A stretch of DNA of 64,000 bases, taken from IMG/VR virus record IMGVR_UViG_3300011113_000644, positions 7,813 through 71,812 of that record; one strand, 5' to 3'. This DNA comes from a virus. Shown one piece after another: positions 27,814 through 37,314 of the stretch (position 1 is its first letter; the number at the start of each line of letters is the position of its first letter). A program made the translations under genes and the position numbers. A model generated the notes under the pieces. That model was not told the origin of the DNA, searched no databases, and saw nothing but the letters and a program-made list of their open reading frames with translations.

Positions 27814-30210
27814 TCAACTTTCTTTTCTTAGACTTCTATCATAATGCTCATATCTATTGTGTTCAGTTGGTGTGAGTAAAAGTATTCCGGGGTTTAAGTT
27901 ACCTTTTTTGGTTTCTTGGAACATGTGACTCATCCAAGTTTGTTCATATGGATGTGTCCACTTAGTTTCTAAAAACATTTTTTTATTTCCATTCCTTGAA
28001 ACTATTTGAGGCCAATTACAATAAAAAATTTCTCCGTTTGCGTATGGTACTCCTTGGTAGGATTTAATACTGTTAAATTTTGTTTTTGGGGCGTTTGGGT
28101 CTAATCCGTGTTCAGGTAATAATTCTTTACCTACAAAATATTCCTCTCTTACCGCCTGTGGTACATTATACCACGACCACTGTACTGAGTTATCGCCAAA
28201 AAACTCTGAAAAATTTAATTTCAGAAAATCAAAATTTTCTATTTCAGCAATTTTAATACTTTTTTCATAAAGATTTTCTACATATCTATTAAATCCATTT
28301 CTACAAACCTCACCTTTATTTGGATAAAAAAACATATCATCCTCAAAGAAAAAATAAGCGTCCAATTTTGTCTTTTCAAAATGCTCAGCAACGAATTGTC
28401 TACCACCACAAATTCCCAAATTTTCTTTAGGCCATATTAATTCGAAATCATGTAAATTACATATTCTTTTATATTCTTCATCAGTAGACCTATCGGTAGA
28501 ATTATTTAATAAATATTTTTTTGGTTTGTTTAAAAAATCAACATCATAGTCAATAAAGGATTTAATGAGAGTATTAAATTGACTTGGACTATTAAATCCT
28601 ATAACATATAATCCCACATTTGACAAATTTTGAAAAGAAATCTTAGGGGTTATTTTTTTCTGCGTCTCAGTTCCGTTTTTCAAATCTTCAAAAAATTTAC
28701 CAATTAATCCGTTTTCATCTATTTCATAATAAGATATTAAATTCGGATACTTGTAAGTCATAATTGAAAATAGGGACTCCTCGGTTCCCATGTAACCTCT
28801 GTCCAAAGTCTCATTCAAAAGACCATAATAAATTGAATTTAATTCTTTTATGTTTTGTTTTTTCCCTCCAAAAAACCCCCCTCTTGCAACCAATTTAATA
28901 TCATTGTCATCTGCCCATTCGTTTATTTTTGGATATGAAAAACCGTGAATTTCTTTATCCGCATTATATGGAAAACAAATAAAAATAAAATCAGAAACTT
29001 TTTCACTTAATTTTGTTAAAACTTTGTCGTGAGTAAAATATCCTTGGTGAACGGTATTTGTTATTCCAGCGTCAATCCAAAATAAATGTTCAGAGTTAAA
29101 TTTATCTAAGATACAAGCGTCATTAAGTAAAAACATTTTAGACATAACCAAAGGGTTATACATTTCCAATTTGGCTTGCGTTGAGTCTTTTAACCAAGAT
29201 GATTGATTATACCAATCTTGATTTGACCTTATTTTTTGAATTTTATCAAAATATTGATTTTCCTTAAACCATGACAGTTCCCGATATATAAATTGTGTAT
29301 TTTCTTCATTTCTTATAGAAAAAACAATATTTTTCAATTCGTCATCACCAAAGATTATGAGGTTACAATCAATATGGAGTAATTGATTTAGTTTTTCAAT
29401 ATAATGGTCAAAACTTCTTGACCACCCCTCTGATAAATTGTTTCTACCAATATTCCAAAGTCCTGTCACAATTGTTGGTTTAACAGAATACTTTTCTGTA
29501 GTTTGGTAACTACTATGTGTTTTGATTTTTAAAGAAGTTGTTTCAGATAATTCCTCATAAAATTCCTGTGGTAATCCAACAATATCCTGTCCACTTATTT
29601 CATATTTATAATTTAGTTGATTGAATTTATTCAATATTAGGTCTTGTTCCTCAGTAGTTAAATTTATCCATTCTAACCTAACAACTTTTGGTCTAAATTC
29701 TTCAAAATCAATCTGTTTAAATATTATGTAGTCGTGTCCTTCAGCATCAATTTTAATTATGTCTATATTTTCAATTCTATGAGTCCTTATTAACTTATCA
29801 AAAGTGATACATTTAACTGTGACTTTTTTACCATATTTTTCCACAGTTGGTCTATCAAATTCACTCCCTAACCCGTTTTTGGGAGGGTATACTGCACTCA
29901 TACCGTAAAAACAACTGTGTACCAAACCATTGTCAATAACATCACGGTCAATAGTAACCATTTCAATTTCACCATTATAATCTGAAATCGCACTATTTTC
30001 AAAAACATTACCATTACTTGTAATATTTTTTTTTAGTTTTTCAAAAAGATATGGGATTGGCTCTACATATATACCTTTAAAATTGTATGTATTGGTGTAT
30101 CCAATTAACTCATCGAACATCACCCCATCCATCGCCCCTATATTCATTATATAAGTTTTGGGGTTTGTCCTACCTAAATAGTGAACCGCTTTATCAAAAA
30201 AATTATCCAT
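27814..30210 (-). CDS. Three-domain fusion: FkbM methyltransferase + HtrL/YibB-like glycosyltransferase + GT-A-like domain
   Basis: IGAMDG/VEP/IKIDAEGHD; TIVTGLWNIGR, WIDAG, GGFFGG, MGTEE; NLGICGGRQF and FFEDD. Confidence 0.75.
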   Translation of the reverse strand: MDNFFDKAVHYLGRTNPKTYIMNIGAMDGVMFDELIGYTNTYNFKGIYVEPIPYLFEKLKKNITSNGNVFENSAISDYNGEIEMVTIDRDVIDNGLVHSCFYGMSAVYPPKNGLGSEFDRPTVEKYGKKVTVKCITFDKLIRTHRIENIDIIKIDAEGHDYIIFKQIDFEEFRPKVVRLEWINLTTEEQDLILNKFNQLNYKYEISGQDIVGLPQEFYEELSETTSLKIKTHSSYQTTEKYSVKPTIVTGLWNIGRNNLSEGWSRSFDHYIEKLNQLLHIDCNLIIFGDDELKNIVFSIRNEENTQFIYRELSWFKENQYFDKIQKIRSNQDWYNQSSWLKDSTQAKLEMYNPLVMSKMFLLNDACILDKFNSEHLFWIDAGITNTVHQGYFTHDKVLTKLSEKVSDFIFICFPYNADKEIHGFSYPKINEWADDNDIKLVARGGFFGGKKQNIKELNSIYYGLLNETLDRGYMGTEESLFSIMTYKYPNLISYYEIDENGLIGKFFEDLKNGTETQKKITPKISFQNLSNVGLYVIGFNSPSQFNTLIKSFIDYDVDFLNKPKKYLLNNSTDRSTDEEYKRICNLHDFELIWPKENLGICGGRQFVAEHFEKTKLDAYFFFEDDMFFYPNKGEVCRNGFNRYVENLYEKSIKIAEIENFDFLKLNFSEFFGDNSVQWSWYNVPQAVREEYFVGKELLPEHGLDPNAPKTKFNSIKSYQGVPYANGEIFYCNWPQIVSRNGNKKMFLETKWTHPYEQTWMSHMFQETKKGNLNPGILLLTPTEHNRYEHYDRSLRKES

Positions 30211-30213
30211 AAT

Positions 30214-31164
30214 TTATTTAAAGATTTCAAAATCATCTAAAAACGATGATATTATTTTTATTTGGTTTTCAGGTCGGCAGTTCCTATCATACCATCCTTT
30301 AGCCTCATTAATTATATAATCATATTGACCAGAAGTAACTATTTCGTTAATTGATGACTCCAATTTTTGGATAATGTAGTTTGATTGGCTTGAATCATAT
30401 ATTTTGGATTTTATGTCGTTATCCAATAAATCAACGTAATGTTTGTTAACTTCTATAGGTTCATAAGTCATAACGTCCAAATACTCTCTAATCAATAAGA
30501 GACCGAGTCCAAAAGATTCTAAGTCTCTGTAGCAAATTTTAGCAACCCCATCTAAGTTCATTCCAAATTTATGTTTTGACATTTCTTCATAGTAACTTTC
30601 TTTTGTCATCCAATCTCCCTTGTCTTTTTTCTTAACATTAAATTTTTCACTAACTTTTAATACATCGACAAACTTTTCTCTTAATCCGTGACAAAGAGCA
30701 TTAAAGTAAACTTTATCAAAAATTTTTTCGTTTGTTTTATTTTTTTCAATTAAGTTGTAGTCACTCATGTTTTCTAACATGTATACTGATGGTTGTATTT
30801 TAGCGGAACCCTTATAATTATCAATTATTGATTGGTCTAACCTTGAGACACAAGAAAATTTGACCACATCAAAATTTTCGATTCCACTACCTTCAGATAG
30901 TATAGCTGGAGCATAATCATGCCAACTATGGATAAAAGTTTTTCCGTTTGATTCATTAAATAATAGAAAATTAAAAGGGCTAAAAATTGACGGAAGACCG
31001 TTATTGTAATCATTTTTTATATTGTATTTATTTGATAAATCATTCAAATGTTTTATTTCAATAGTAATCCCTGTATTTTCTTGTAAAGACTCAACAAAAT
31101 TTTTATAAAATTCTCCAGCATACCAATCAGTATACAGAAGGTTATAAGCGGCAATTAAATTCAT
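30214..31164 (-). CDS. Putative GT-B-type glycosyltransferase
   Basis: C-terminal YYEEMSKHKFGMNLDG...CYRDLESFGLG resembles a nucleotide-sugar-binding GT-B segment; glycan cluster context. Confidence 0.5.
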   Translation of the reverse strand: MNLIAAYNLLYTDWYAGEFYKNFVESLQENTGITIEIKHLNDLSNKYNIKNDYNNGLPSIFSPFNFLLFNESNGKTFIHSWHDYAPAILSEGSGIENFDVVKFSCVSRLDQSIIDNYKGSAKIQPSVYMLENMSDYNLIEKNKTNEKIFDKVYFNALCHGLREKFVDVLKVSEKFNVKKKDKGDWMTKESYYEEMSKHKFGMNLDGVAKICYRDLESFGLGLLLIREYLDVMTYEPIEVNKHYVDLLDNDIKSKIYDSSQSNYIIQKLESSINEIVTSGQYDYIINEAKGWYDRNCRPENQIKIISSFLDDFEIFK

Positions 31165-32063
31165 TTAATTATTTCTAAATTGTTATTTATATTTATTAGT
31201 TTTTGACTTGGGTTGTTAGATTTTGAATAGTATAAGAAAGTTGTAGTCCATGAAATTGAAGAAAAATAAAAATATATAGTTCCAAAATTTGATAAAATGA
31301 CCATTTCCGCTAAATTATCATAAAGACGCTCTAATAAAACTTCTCTACTAAAATTTTTATTATAAAAATAATAACAATGGTCATTTGGTAATTCATTCAA
31401 ATTTTTGTATTTGTAAATTACCACATTTTCTAATTCTGAAAGTTTATCGACCGCATATTGGTTGTGTGATGTTATATAGAATTTTTTATTTACGGTTTTT
31501 AATTTTTCATATAAATTATCACAATAAATTTTAAATTCTTCAGCCGGATTCAAAGCATAATCATTATATCTTATTTGAATCGCTTCAGATATGTAAGAAT
31601 TATTTTCTAAAAAATTTTTTACTTTATTATATATTTTAGGATTCAGTTTAGGTAATGTGATTGGTAAGTTTTCATTCCTTAATAAAGTTTCCATGTTAAA
31701 CACATATTTGGGATAAACTTCAGAGGGTATTTCGTCAAAAAAAACATCCCACCAATGAGCTCCGGGTTTATCAGGACCGTACTGTGTTGAGTGGTATATA
31801 TATCCTTCATAATTTTTATCACCAATTGAATGTTGCATATTAGTAATCTTATCAAAAACACTAAACGATTCCTCATCAAAAATTTCTTGAAGCTCAACAT
31901 AATCAATGTATTTGTTACTACCTTGATTTCCGTTTGATGCAAAAATTAATTCACATTCGTATCCCAAATTTTTGTAATGATTTGTAAAATTCAAAACCTC
32001 GACCGCTCCGCAATATAAATTACCTAGCCCATTATTGAAAGTAAGTTGTATTAATAATTTCAT
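31161..32063 (-). CDS. Fucosyltransferase-fold glycosyltransferase (GT11/NodZ-like)
   Basis: NGLGN at N-terminus, AIQIRYND (HxRxxD-like), FYITS, EMVILS. Confidence 0.55.
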   Translation of the reverse strand: MKLLIQLTFNNGLGNLYCGAVEVLNFTNHYKNLGYECELIFASNGNQGSNKYIDYVELQEIFDEESFSVFDKITNMQHSIGDKNYEGYIYHSTQYGPDKPGAHWWDVFFDEIPSEVYPKYVFNMETLLRNENLPITLPKLNPKIYNKVKNFLENNSYISEAIQIRYNDYALNPAEEFKIYCDNLYEKLKTVNKKFYITSHNQYAVDKLSELENVVIYKYKNLNELPNDHCYYFYNKNFSREVLLERLYDNLAEMVILSNFGTIYFYFSSISWTTTFLYYSKSNNPSQKLININNNLEIIK

Positions 32064-32065
32064 AT

Positions 32066-32713
32066 TTAATAAAATATATGGTTAAATGGTTTAAAATAAT
32101 TGTCTTCGGGGAAAACCATACCTACAAAAAAATTAAATTTATTTTCAGTTTCTATTATTGGAAAAGTTCCAAAATGTTTTGAACAATGCACAATATATGA
32201 ATCTGCAAATTTTGGCTCAATGACTTGTCTGACAAAATTTTGGTCGGACCCATATCCATCACCTCCTTCCCATTTTTTTATCAAATTTTTTATTTTTATT
32301 CTGTTATTTTTTTTAATTCCCCACATTCCTCCCATAATTTTATCATGATTTACCTCATCCCTGATAGAGTGTAATAATTTGTCAGATTCTAAAAAAATAT
32401 CGACACATTTTTTTTCTCTCCATGATAATCTAGAATCGGCATCCCTTGAAATCATAACCTCAACATCCGGTTCGTCTATTGGTAAAAACCTCCACATCAT
32501 AGAAGATTTGTTTGGTTTTTCTATTTTTCTGAATAACTCTACATTTTCATGTTTTTTCAATTCGTCAATAAAATATTTATCAACACTGTCACCATAATAT
32601 ACCCTACAAATCCATCCAGGATATATTATTTTAGCAAGTTCAACATTACACAACATACCGACAGTGTATTTTCTGTCCCATCCATACAGTGAAAAACTTA
32701 TAATTTTTTTCAT
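32066..32713 (-). CDS. Conserved putative glycosyltransferase (SFSLxG / WRF / RDxDSR family)
   Basis: IISFSLYG, MMWRF, SRDADSR, IMGGMWG, DQNF; paralog of 45824..46483. Confidence 0.55.
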   Translation of the reverse strand: MKKIISFSLYGWDRKYTVGMLCNVELAKIIYPGWICRVYYGDSVDKYFIDELKKHENVELFRKIEKPNKSSMMWRFLPIDEPDVEVMISRDADSRLSWREKKCVDIFLESDKLLHSIRDEVNHDKIMGGMWGIKKNNRIKIKNLIKKWEGGDGYGSDQNFVRQVIEPKFADSYIVHCSKHFGTFPIIETENKFNFFVGMVFPEDNYFKPFNHIFY

Positions 32714-33381
32714 TTTTTTATTTTACAACACCAAACTACTTTATTAAAATCTTCTGACATAAAATCAAATAAATTATTTTTTTCACAACTTTCTGAAATG
32801 TCAGAGTTTTGAATTTCATGCCAATACCAAATTTTATTATGGATATTTTCTTTATAATCCTTTTCATCAAAAGCATAATCATGAGCCATAATTATGTCGC
32901 CAGTTTTAAGATATCCACTCAAAGTTTTGAATTCTTCCTTTTTATTTCCCCCGTCACATAAAACGATTGTTCTTCCCTTTTGTTGTATCATGGTTTTTAC
33001 CGCCTCCTCATCTATCAGGGTATAATCGTCCTTAAAAATGTTCTCATGTCTGAAAATGATATTCAAATTTTTTTCTTTAATTTTACTTACTAAATGACCA
33101 GGTTCATAAATGTCGTAGGTTATTAAATCAGTAGATTGGGAACCGTTATAATCTAATAAATCCCTAATCATTAAGGTCAATCCTCCAGCGGCGGTACCAA
33201 TTTCAATTATTTGAGCCGGTCTCGTATCCTTGATTAATTTGTCAAAAGCAAATACTACTTTGTTATTTTGTTGTATTGATATTCCATCATACACAACCAT
33301 AGGAATGTTATGGTCTTTGAAAAATTCCTCATTGTCACAAGTACCATTGTTACACGTTAATTTTGATAAAATCTGTTCCAT
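32710..33381 (-). CDS. CmcI-like class I SAM-dependent O-methyltransferase
   Basis: IIEIGTAAGG, TYDI, LCDGG, GDIIMAHDY. Confidence 0.7.
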   Translation of the reverse strand: MEQILSKLTCNNGTCDNEEFFKDHNIPMVVYDGISIQQNNKVVFAFDKLIKDTRPAQIIEIGTAAGGLTLMIRDLLDYNGSQSTDLITYDIYEPGHLVSKIKEKNLNIIFRHENIFKDDYTLIDEEAVKTMIQQKGRTIVLCDGGNKKEEFKTLSGYLKTGDIIMAHDYAFDEKDYKENIHNKIWYWHEIQNSDISESCEKNNLFDFMSEDFNKVVWCCKIKK

Positions 33382-33393
33382 TTATTTATTTAT

Positions 33394-34638
33394 TTATAAT
33401 GTTCCTGTTAATCTTTCACCCCATCCTTTTGATGCTGAATGTGGCCAAACTACCCAATACTTTGGTTTTTTTGTTGTTTGGAATTCTCTCCACACTTTAC
33501 AATAACCGTCAGGGTCATTTTTCATTCTTTGTATTTCACTTGGGTCGGCATCTTTTCTGTAAATTGTTTCGTCGTTTTCGTCGTGGAACGCTACCGCCCA
33601 AAAATCATAATCATTTTCAGGTACTTGTGTATATCCTACGTCAATACAATGTTTGAATATTGATGCAAATGAATCCATCCATTCCTCTTCAGATGAATAA
33701 TTATATGTGTTCGGTGGGTATTTTTTATCTATTGTTTCTTGTTGAACAGCTCTTTTAGAAAAAAGTAAACCTGAATATCGTTCATAGTCCCTCAAAGTCC
33801 GTTCAGTTCCAAATCCATAAATCCCATGTTCCATTGGAGGTTCGTTGTCCATACCAAATAGGGCTCTATTTTTTTTATGACAAAATGAATTCCTTTCTCC
33901 CCATTTTTTGTCGTCATCCCATTGTTTAGTTCGACCTTTTCTTGTGTATTCATGCCAAATTAAAACTTTATGGGGGTGAAATAAATCATACCCATGAGTA
34001 TATGCTCTAGCGGCAATTGAAATTTCTTCTCCGTGAAAATAATAGTCAGGGTCGTGTTGTACCTCCTTAGCAAATTCACCCAAAGTGAAACAAAAATGAG
34101 CTGAGTAAAATCTAGAAGGTACTGGCTCTGTCAAATCTTTCCAACCAGGTATTGTTTCAGGAAGAAAGAAAACCGCACCTTCAGGAATAAATCTATCAAA
34201 TGTCATTCTCCATGGGTCTTGAACTCTACCCTGTGGGTCATTCTCAGGATTAAAAGATGAAACATAACCTGTAAGAAGGGGTTTTTTGTGTCCCTTTTTT
34301 TGGAGTTGTCTAACCATCTTTATCATTTCTTCATCCCAATTTTCAGCAAACCTCATGTGGGAATCAATTTGTAATGTATATTTTTCTTTTTTGTAAAGTT
34401 GTTGGATTTGATTCCTTGCCCAACAAGCTCCTTTTGATTCTAAATATGGAATATCTAAAACTCTAAATCTTTCATCACCATTATATTCTGACAAATCATC
34501 AAATTTGTCATCTGGGTGAAATTGTCTAGCTATTGCAAAAACTAAATTTTGAGGTTTTTTTGCATTTTCTATTGCCGATTTAATTGTTTTAATTAATTCA
34601 GGGTCTCGATATGAGGCAATTTGAATAAAAATTTTCAT
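33394..34638 (-). CDS. GT60-type (Gnt1/Gnt2-like) GlcNAc transferase
   Basis: IFIQIASYRDPEL, SKGACWAR, LQIDSHMRF...WD, SAHFCF, DP..YFHGEE...ARAYTHGYDLFHP: hallmark motifs of the Pfam GlcNAc / CAZy GT60 family. Confidence 0.85.
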   Translation of the reverse strand: MKIFIQIASYRDPELIKTIKSAIENAKKPQNLVFAIARQFHPDDKFDDLSEYNGDERFRVLDIPYLESKGACWARNQIQQLYKKEKYTLQIDSHMRFAENWDEEMIKMVRQLQKKGHKKPLLTGYVSSFNPENDPQGRVQDPWRMTFDRFIPEGAVFFLPETIPGWKDLTEPVPSRFYSAHFCFTLGEFAKEVQHDPDYYFHGEEISIAARAYTHGYDLFHPHKVLIWHEYTRKGRTKQWDDDKKWGERNSFCHKKNRALFGMDNEPPMEHGIYGFGTERTLRDYERYSGLLFSKRAVQQETIDKKYPPNTYNYSSEEEWMDSFASIFKHCIDVGYTQVPENDYDFWAVAFHDENDETIYRKDADPSEIQRMKNDPDGYCKVWREFQTTKKPKYWVVWPHSASKGWGERLTGTL

Positions 34639-34689
34639 ATTTTTTTATTCAAAAAGTATGGATAATGAATTAGAAATTAAATAGTAAAA

Positions 34690-37314
34690 TTAATTATTTA
34701 TACAAGATTCATTACTTGCAAATGGTCCTGATATCACAGTTATTTGACCAATCATTGTTGATACGTTAGATTCTACTACTCTTGCACATCCATTGAATGC
34801 GTTAGATGATGAAAGCCCATATACTTCGGGACTAACAAAATCTGCCGAGTATGTAGTCGTTACCTTAAATGTTGAAACGCTCTGAATACCACTTTGATAA
34901 ACAGTGGATGGGGTATTTGAAAACGTTGCTTCCAAATATAACCAATAATTATCCGCATCATCTGTAAATGCAAATGCGACGTAATCGTCACCATTAATAA
35001 CCTCAGAAGACATGTTACCAAAAAGATATTCAAAATAATTAAGTGGGTCATTATTTTTAACATACGTTCTAATGTAATTTCTCATTTGAGAAACAGTTGT
35101 TCCTGCATTTATTGTAATTGTTAATGATATTGGTGTTGCTGGAGTATTTCTATATCCCGAAATTGTTAGTGAACAATTTTGAGTGAAGGTGTCTCCCATA
35201 AAAAAGCTTCTATTAACTTCAAAATTATTGAACCTTGCAACATTTGAAGGTATTATGGGTTGGAATCTTGGATTTTTAATTGTATTCTGACTTGAAGTAG
35301 GTGTGGGAGTTCTCGTTGGGTCGGGTGTATCACTAGGGGTTGTACTTCTTGTGGGGGTTACTTGATTTGAGGATGTTACAGTACTTGTTGGTGTACTTGT
35401 TGGTGTTTTTGTTAAAGTTGGTGTTGGTGTGTTTGACGGCTCAAGAGTATTACTAGGAGTTACACTTCTTGTTGGAGTTGCCGGATTTGTCGATGTTACG
35501 GTATTACTAAGGCTAACAGTTGGGGTTTTAGTCATAGTTGGCGTCGTAGTGTTACTTGGGTTTGGGGTTTGTGTGGGTGTCCTTGTTGGGGTTTTGGTCG
35601 GAGTTTCACTTGAAGTGGTGGTAATTGTAGGAGTATTACTAGGTGTTTCTGTACTTGTTATTGTTGGGGTATTTGAAGGTTCAATTTCTTGATTTGTTGG
35701 GGTATTGCTTGGTGTTGGTGTTATTGTTGGGGTATTGGTAGGTGTAACAGTTGATGTTGGAGTTTCTGTTGATGTTGCACTTTGGGTTGGTGTTGGAGTA
35801 TTTGAAGGGTCAGGTGTTCCACTATTGTTAGGGGTTGTAGTAATTGTTGGTGTAATAGTAGATGTTGGTGTTTCTGTAATAGTGGATGTTGGTGTTTGTG
35901 TTGGTGTTGCGGTATTAGATAGAGTTATGGAAACCGATGGAGTGTTCGAAGGTGTTACGGTTACAGACGGTGTTGGAGTGTTTGAAGGGTTTGGGGTTTG
36001 GGTTTGACTTGAGCTCAAAGTTATTGTATTAGTATTTGTTGGGCTCACACTTATTGAATTTGTAATTGTTTGAGTCGGGCTTATTGTTGGTGTAGGTGTT
36101 AATGTTGGAGTATTTGTAGGTGTTTCAGTAGGGGTTGGTGTTTGAGTTTGTGTTGCGGTATTTGATTGTTCTGGAGTATTTGTTGTTGTTTTAGTCGGAG
36201 TGTGTGAAGAGGTAATTGATGGGGTGACAGTATTTGATACCGTAATGGTTTGAGTATTTGTAATTGAAGGTGTGTTTGATAGACTTGTAGTATTACTCGG
36301 TGTTTGAGTATTCGTTGTAGTCACAGTTGGTGTCTGTGTATTTGACAACGCTGGAGTTTCAGTTGTTGTTTGTGTTGGTGTATTTGTTGGAGTTTCTGTC
36401 GGGGTTACAGAATTTGACAGAGTGTTTGTGACTGTTGAGGTGTTTGTATTAGTTGGTGTAGATGTCGGATTAATAGAAGGTGTTTGTGTGTTTGTAGATG
36501 TTATAGTTGGTGTTGGGGTATTTGAAACCTCGGCAGTTTCACTCAAAGTTGGGGTATTTGTAATTGAACTAGTTACAGTTGGGGTATTTGTAATTGTATT
36601 AGTTACAGTTGGTGTAGTTGTATTTGTTGGGGTTGGGGTTATTGTAGATAAGTTTGATACTGATAAAGTTGGTGTTGGTGTATTAGTTGGTGTTGGTGTA
36701 TTTGAAGGGTCGTTGGTTTCACTTGGTGTTTGTGTAGTTGTAGGTGTTTTTGTAACTGTGGATGTAACTGTTGGGGTTACTGTTGGTGTTGTAGTAATAG
36801 TTGGCGTTGTAGTGATAGTTGGCGTTAAACTAACCGTTGGAGTTGCAGTTGATGTTTGTGTATTAGTTGGTGTTTGTGTATTAGTTGGAGTGTTTGATGG
36901 TTCAGGTGTTTCTGAAATTGATGGTGTTAAAGTGTTTGATGGTGAAATAGTTATGGTTTGAGTGGTAGTTGGTGTCTGTGTTTTGGTTGGAGTAATAGTT
37001 GGTGTGGGTGTAGTCGTAGATGTTGGAGTCAAAGAATTTGAAATTGTGATTGTTGGAGTTAAGCTTAGTGTTGGTGTGGGTGTATTAGTTGGGGTTGGGG
37101 TTGGTGATTCACAAGAAAAGCTAACAATAAAAGTTTGGTCAAATGCCGAAAAATAAAACGAAAATATACCACTATTACATTCATTATATGTATATGTGTA
37201 AGGAAAATTTAAACCGCTTCCTATCTGCGTATTTACTGAAGTTGAATTATTTAAAAAGAATAAATCAAAGTAATAAGATTGAAAATTTTCAGAATTAAAT
37301 ATTATATTAGGCAT
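34690..37314 (-). CDS. Second mucin-like Thr/Pro/Ser-rich protein (874 aa)
   Basis: ~70-aa N-domain, ~600-aa T/P/S tract, ~200-aa C-domain; start overlaps the LamG-like gene stop. Confidence 0.75.
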   Translation of the reverse strand: MPNIIFNSENFQSYYFDLFFLNNSTSVNTQIGSGLNFPYTYTYNECNSGIFSFYFSAFDQTFIVSFSCESPTPTPTNTPTPTLSLTPTITISNSLTPTSTTTPTPTITPTKTQTPTTTQTITISPSNTLTPSISETPEPSNTPTNTQTPTNTQTSTATPTVSLTPTITTTPTITTTPTVTPTVTSTVTKTPTTTQTPSETNDPSNTPTPTNTPTPTLSVSNLSTITPTPTNTTTPTVTNTITNTPTVTSSITNTPTLSETAEVSNTPTPTITSTNTQTPSINPTSTPTNTNTSTVTNTLSNSVTPTETPTNTPTQTTTETPALSNTQTPTVTTTNTQTPSNTTSLSNTPSITNTQTITVSNTVTPSITSSHTPTKTTTNTPEQSNTATQTQTPTPTETPTNTPTLTPTPTISPTQTITNSISVSPTNTNTITLSSSQTQTPNPSNTPTPSVTVTPSNTPSVSITLSNTATPTQTPTSTITETPTSTITPTITTTPNNSGTPDPSNTPTPTQSATSTETPTSTVTPTNTPTITPTPSNTPTNQEIEPSNTPTITSTETPSNTPTITTTSSETPTKTPTRTPTQTPNPSNTTTPTMTKTPTVSLSNTVTSTNPATPTRSVTPSNTLEPSNTPTPTLTKTPTSTPTSTVTSSNQVTPTRSTTPSDTPDPTRTPTPTSSQNTIKNPRFQPIIPSNVARFNNFEVNRSFFMGDTFTQNCSLTISGYRNTPATPISLTITINAGTTVSQMRNYIRTYVKNNDPLNYFEYLFGNMSSEVINGDDYVAFAFTDDADNYWLYLEATFSNTPSTVYQSGIQSVSTFKVTTTYSADFVSPEVYGLSSSNAFNGCARVVESNVSTMIGQITVISGPFASNESCINN
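35287..37108 (-). repeat. Coding Thr/Pro/Ser repeat tract
   Basis: TPT/TNT/TIT units punctuated by (D/E/N)PSNT; boundaries approximate. Confidence 0.8.

Noticed and set aside
24108-37108. Repeat tracts as CRISPR array or diversity-generating retroelement repeats
   Set aside because: Repeats are in-frame, degenerate at third positions and lack unique spacers; no cas or reverse transcriptase gene is visible.
23799-37156. Val/Gly-rich plus-strand ORFs that look like membrane or elastin-like proteins
   Set aside because: They are the reverse complement of Thr/Pro codons in the mucin-like genes; no independent starts or signals.
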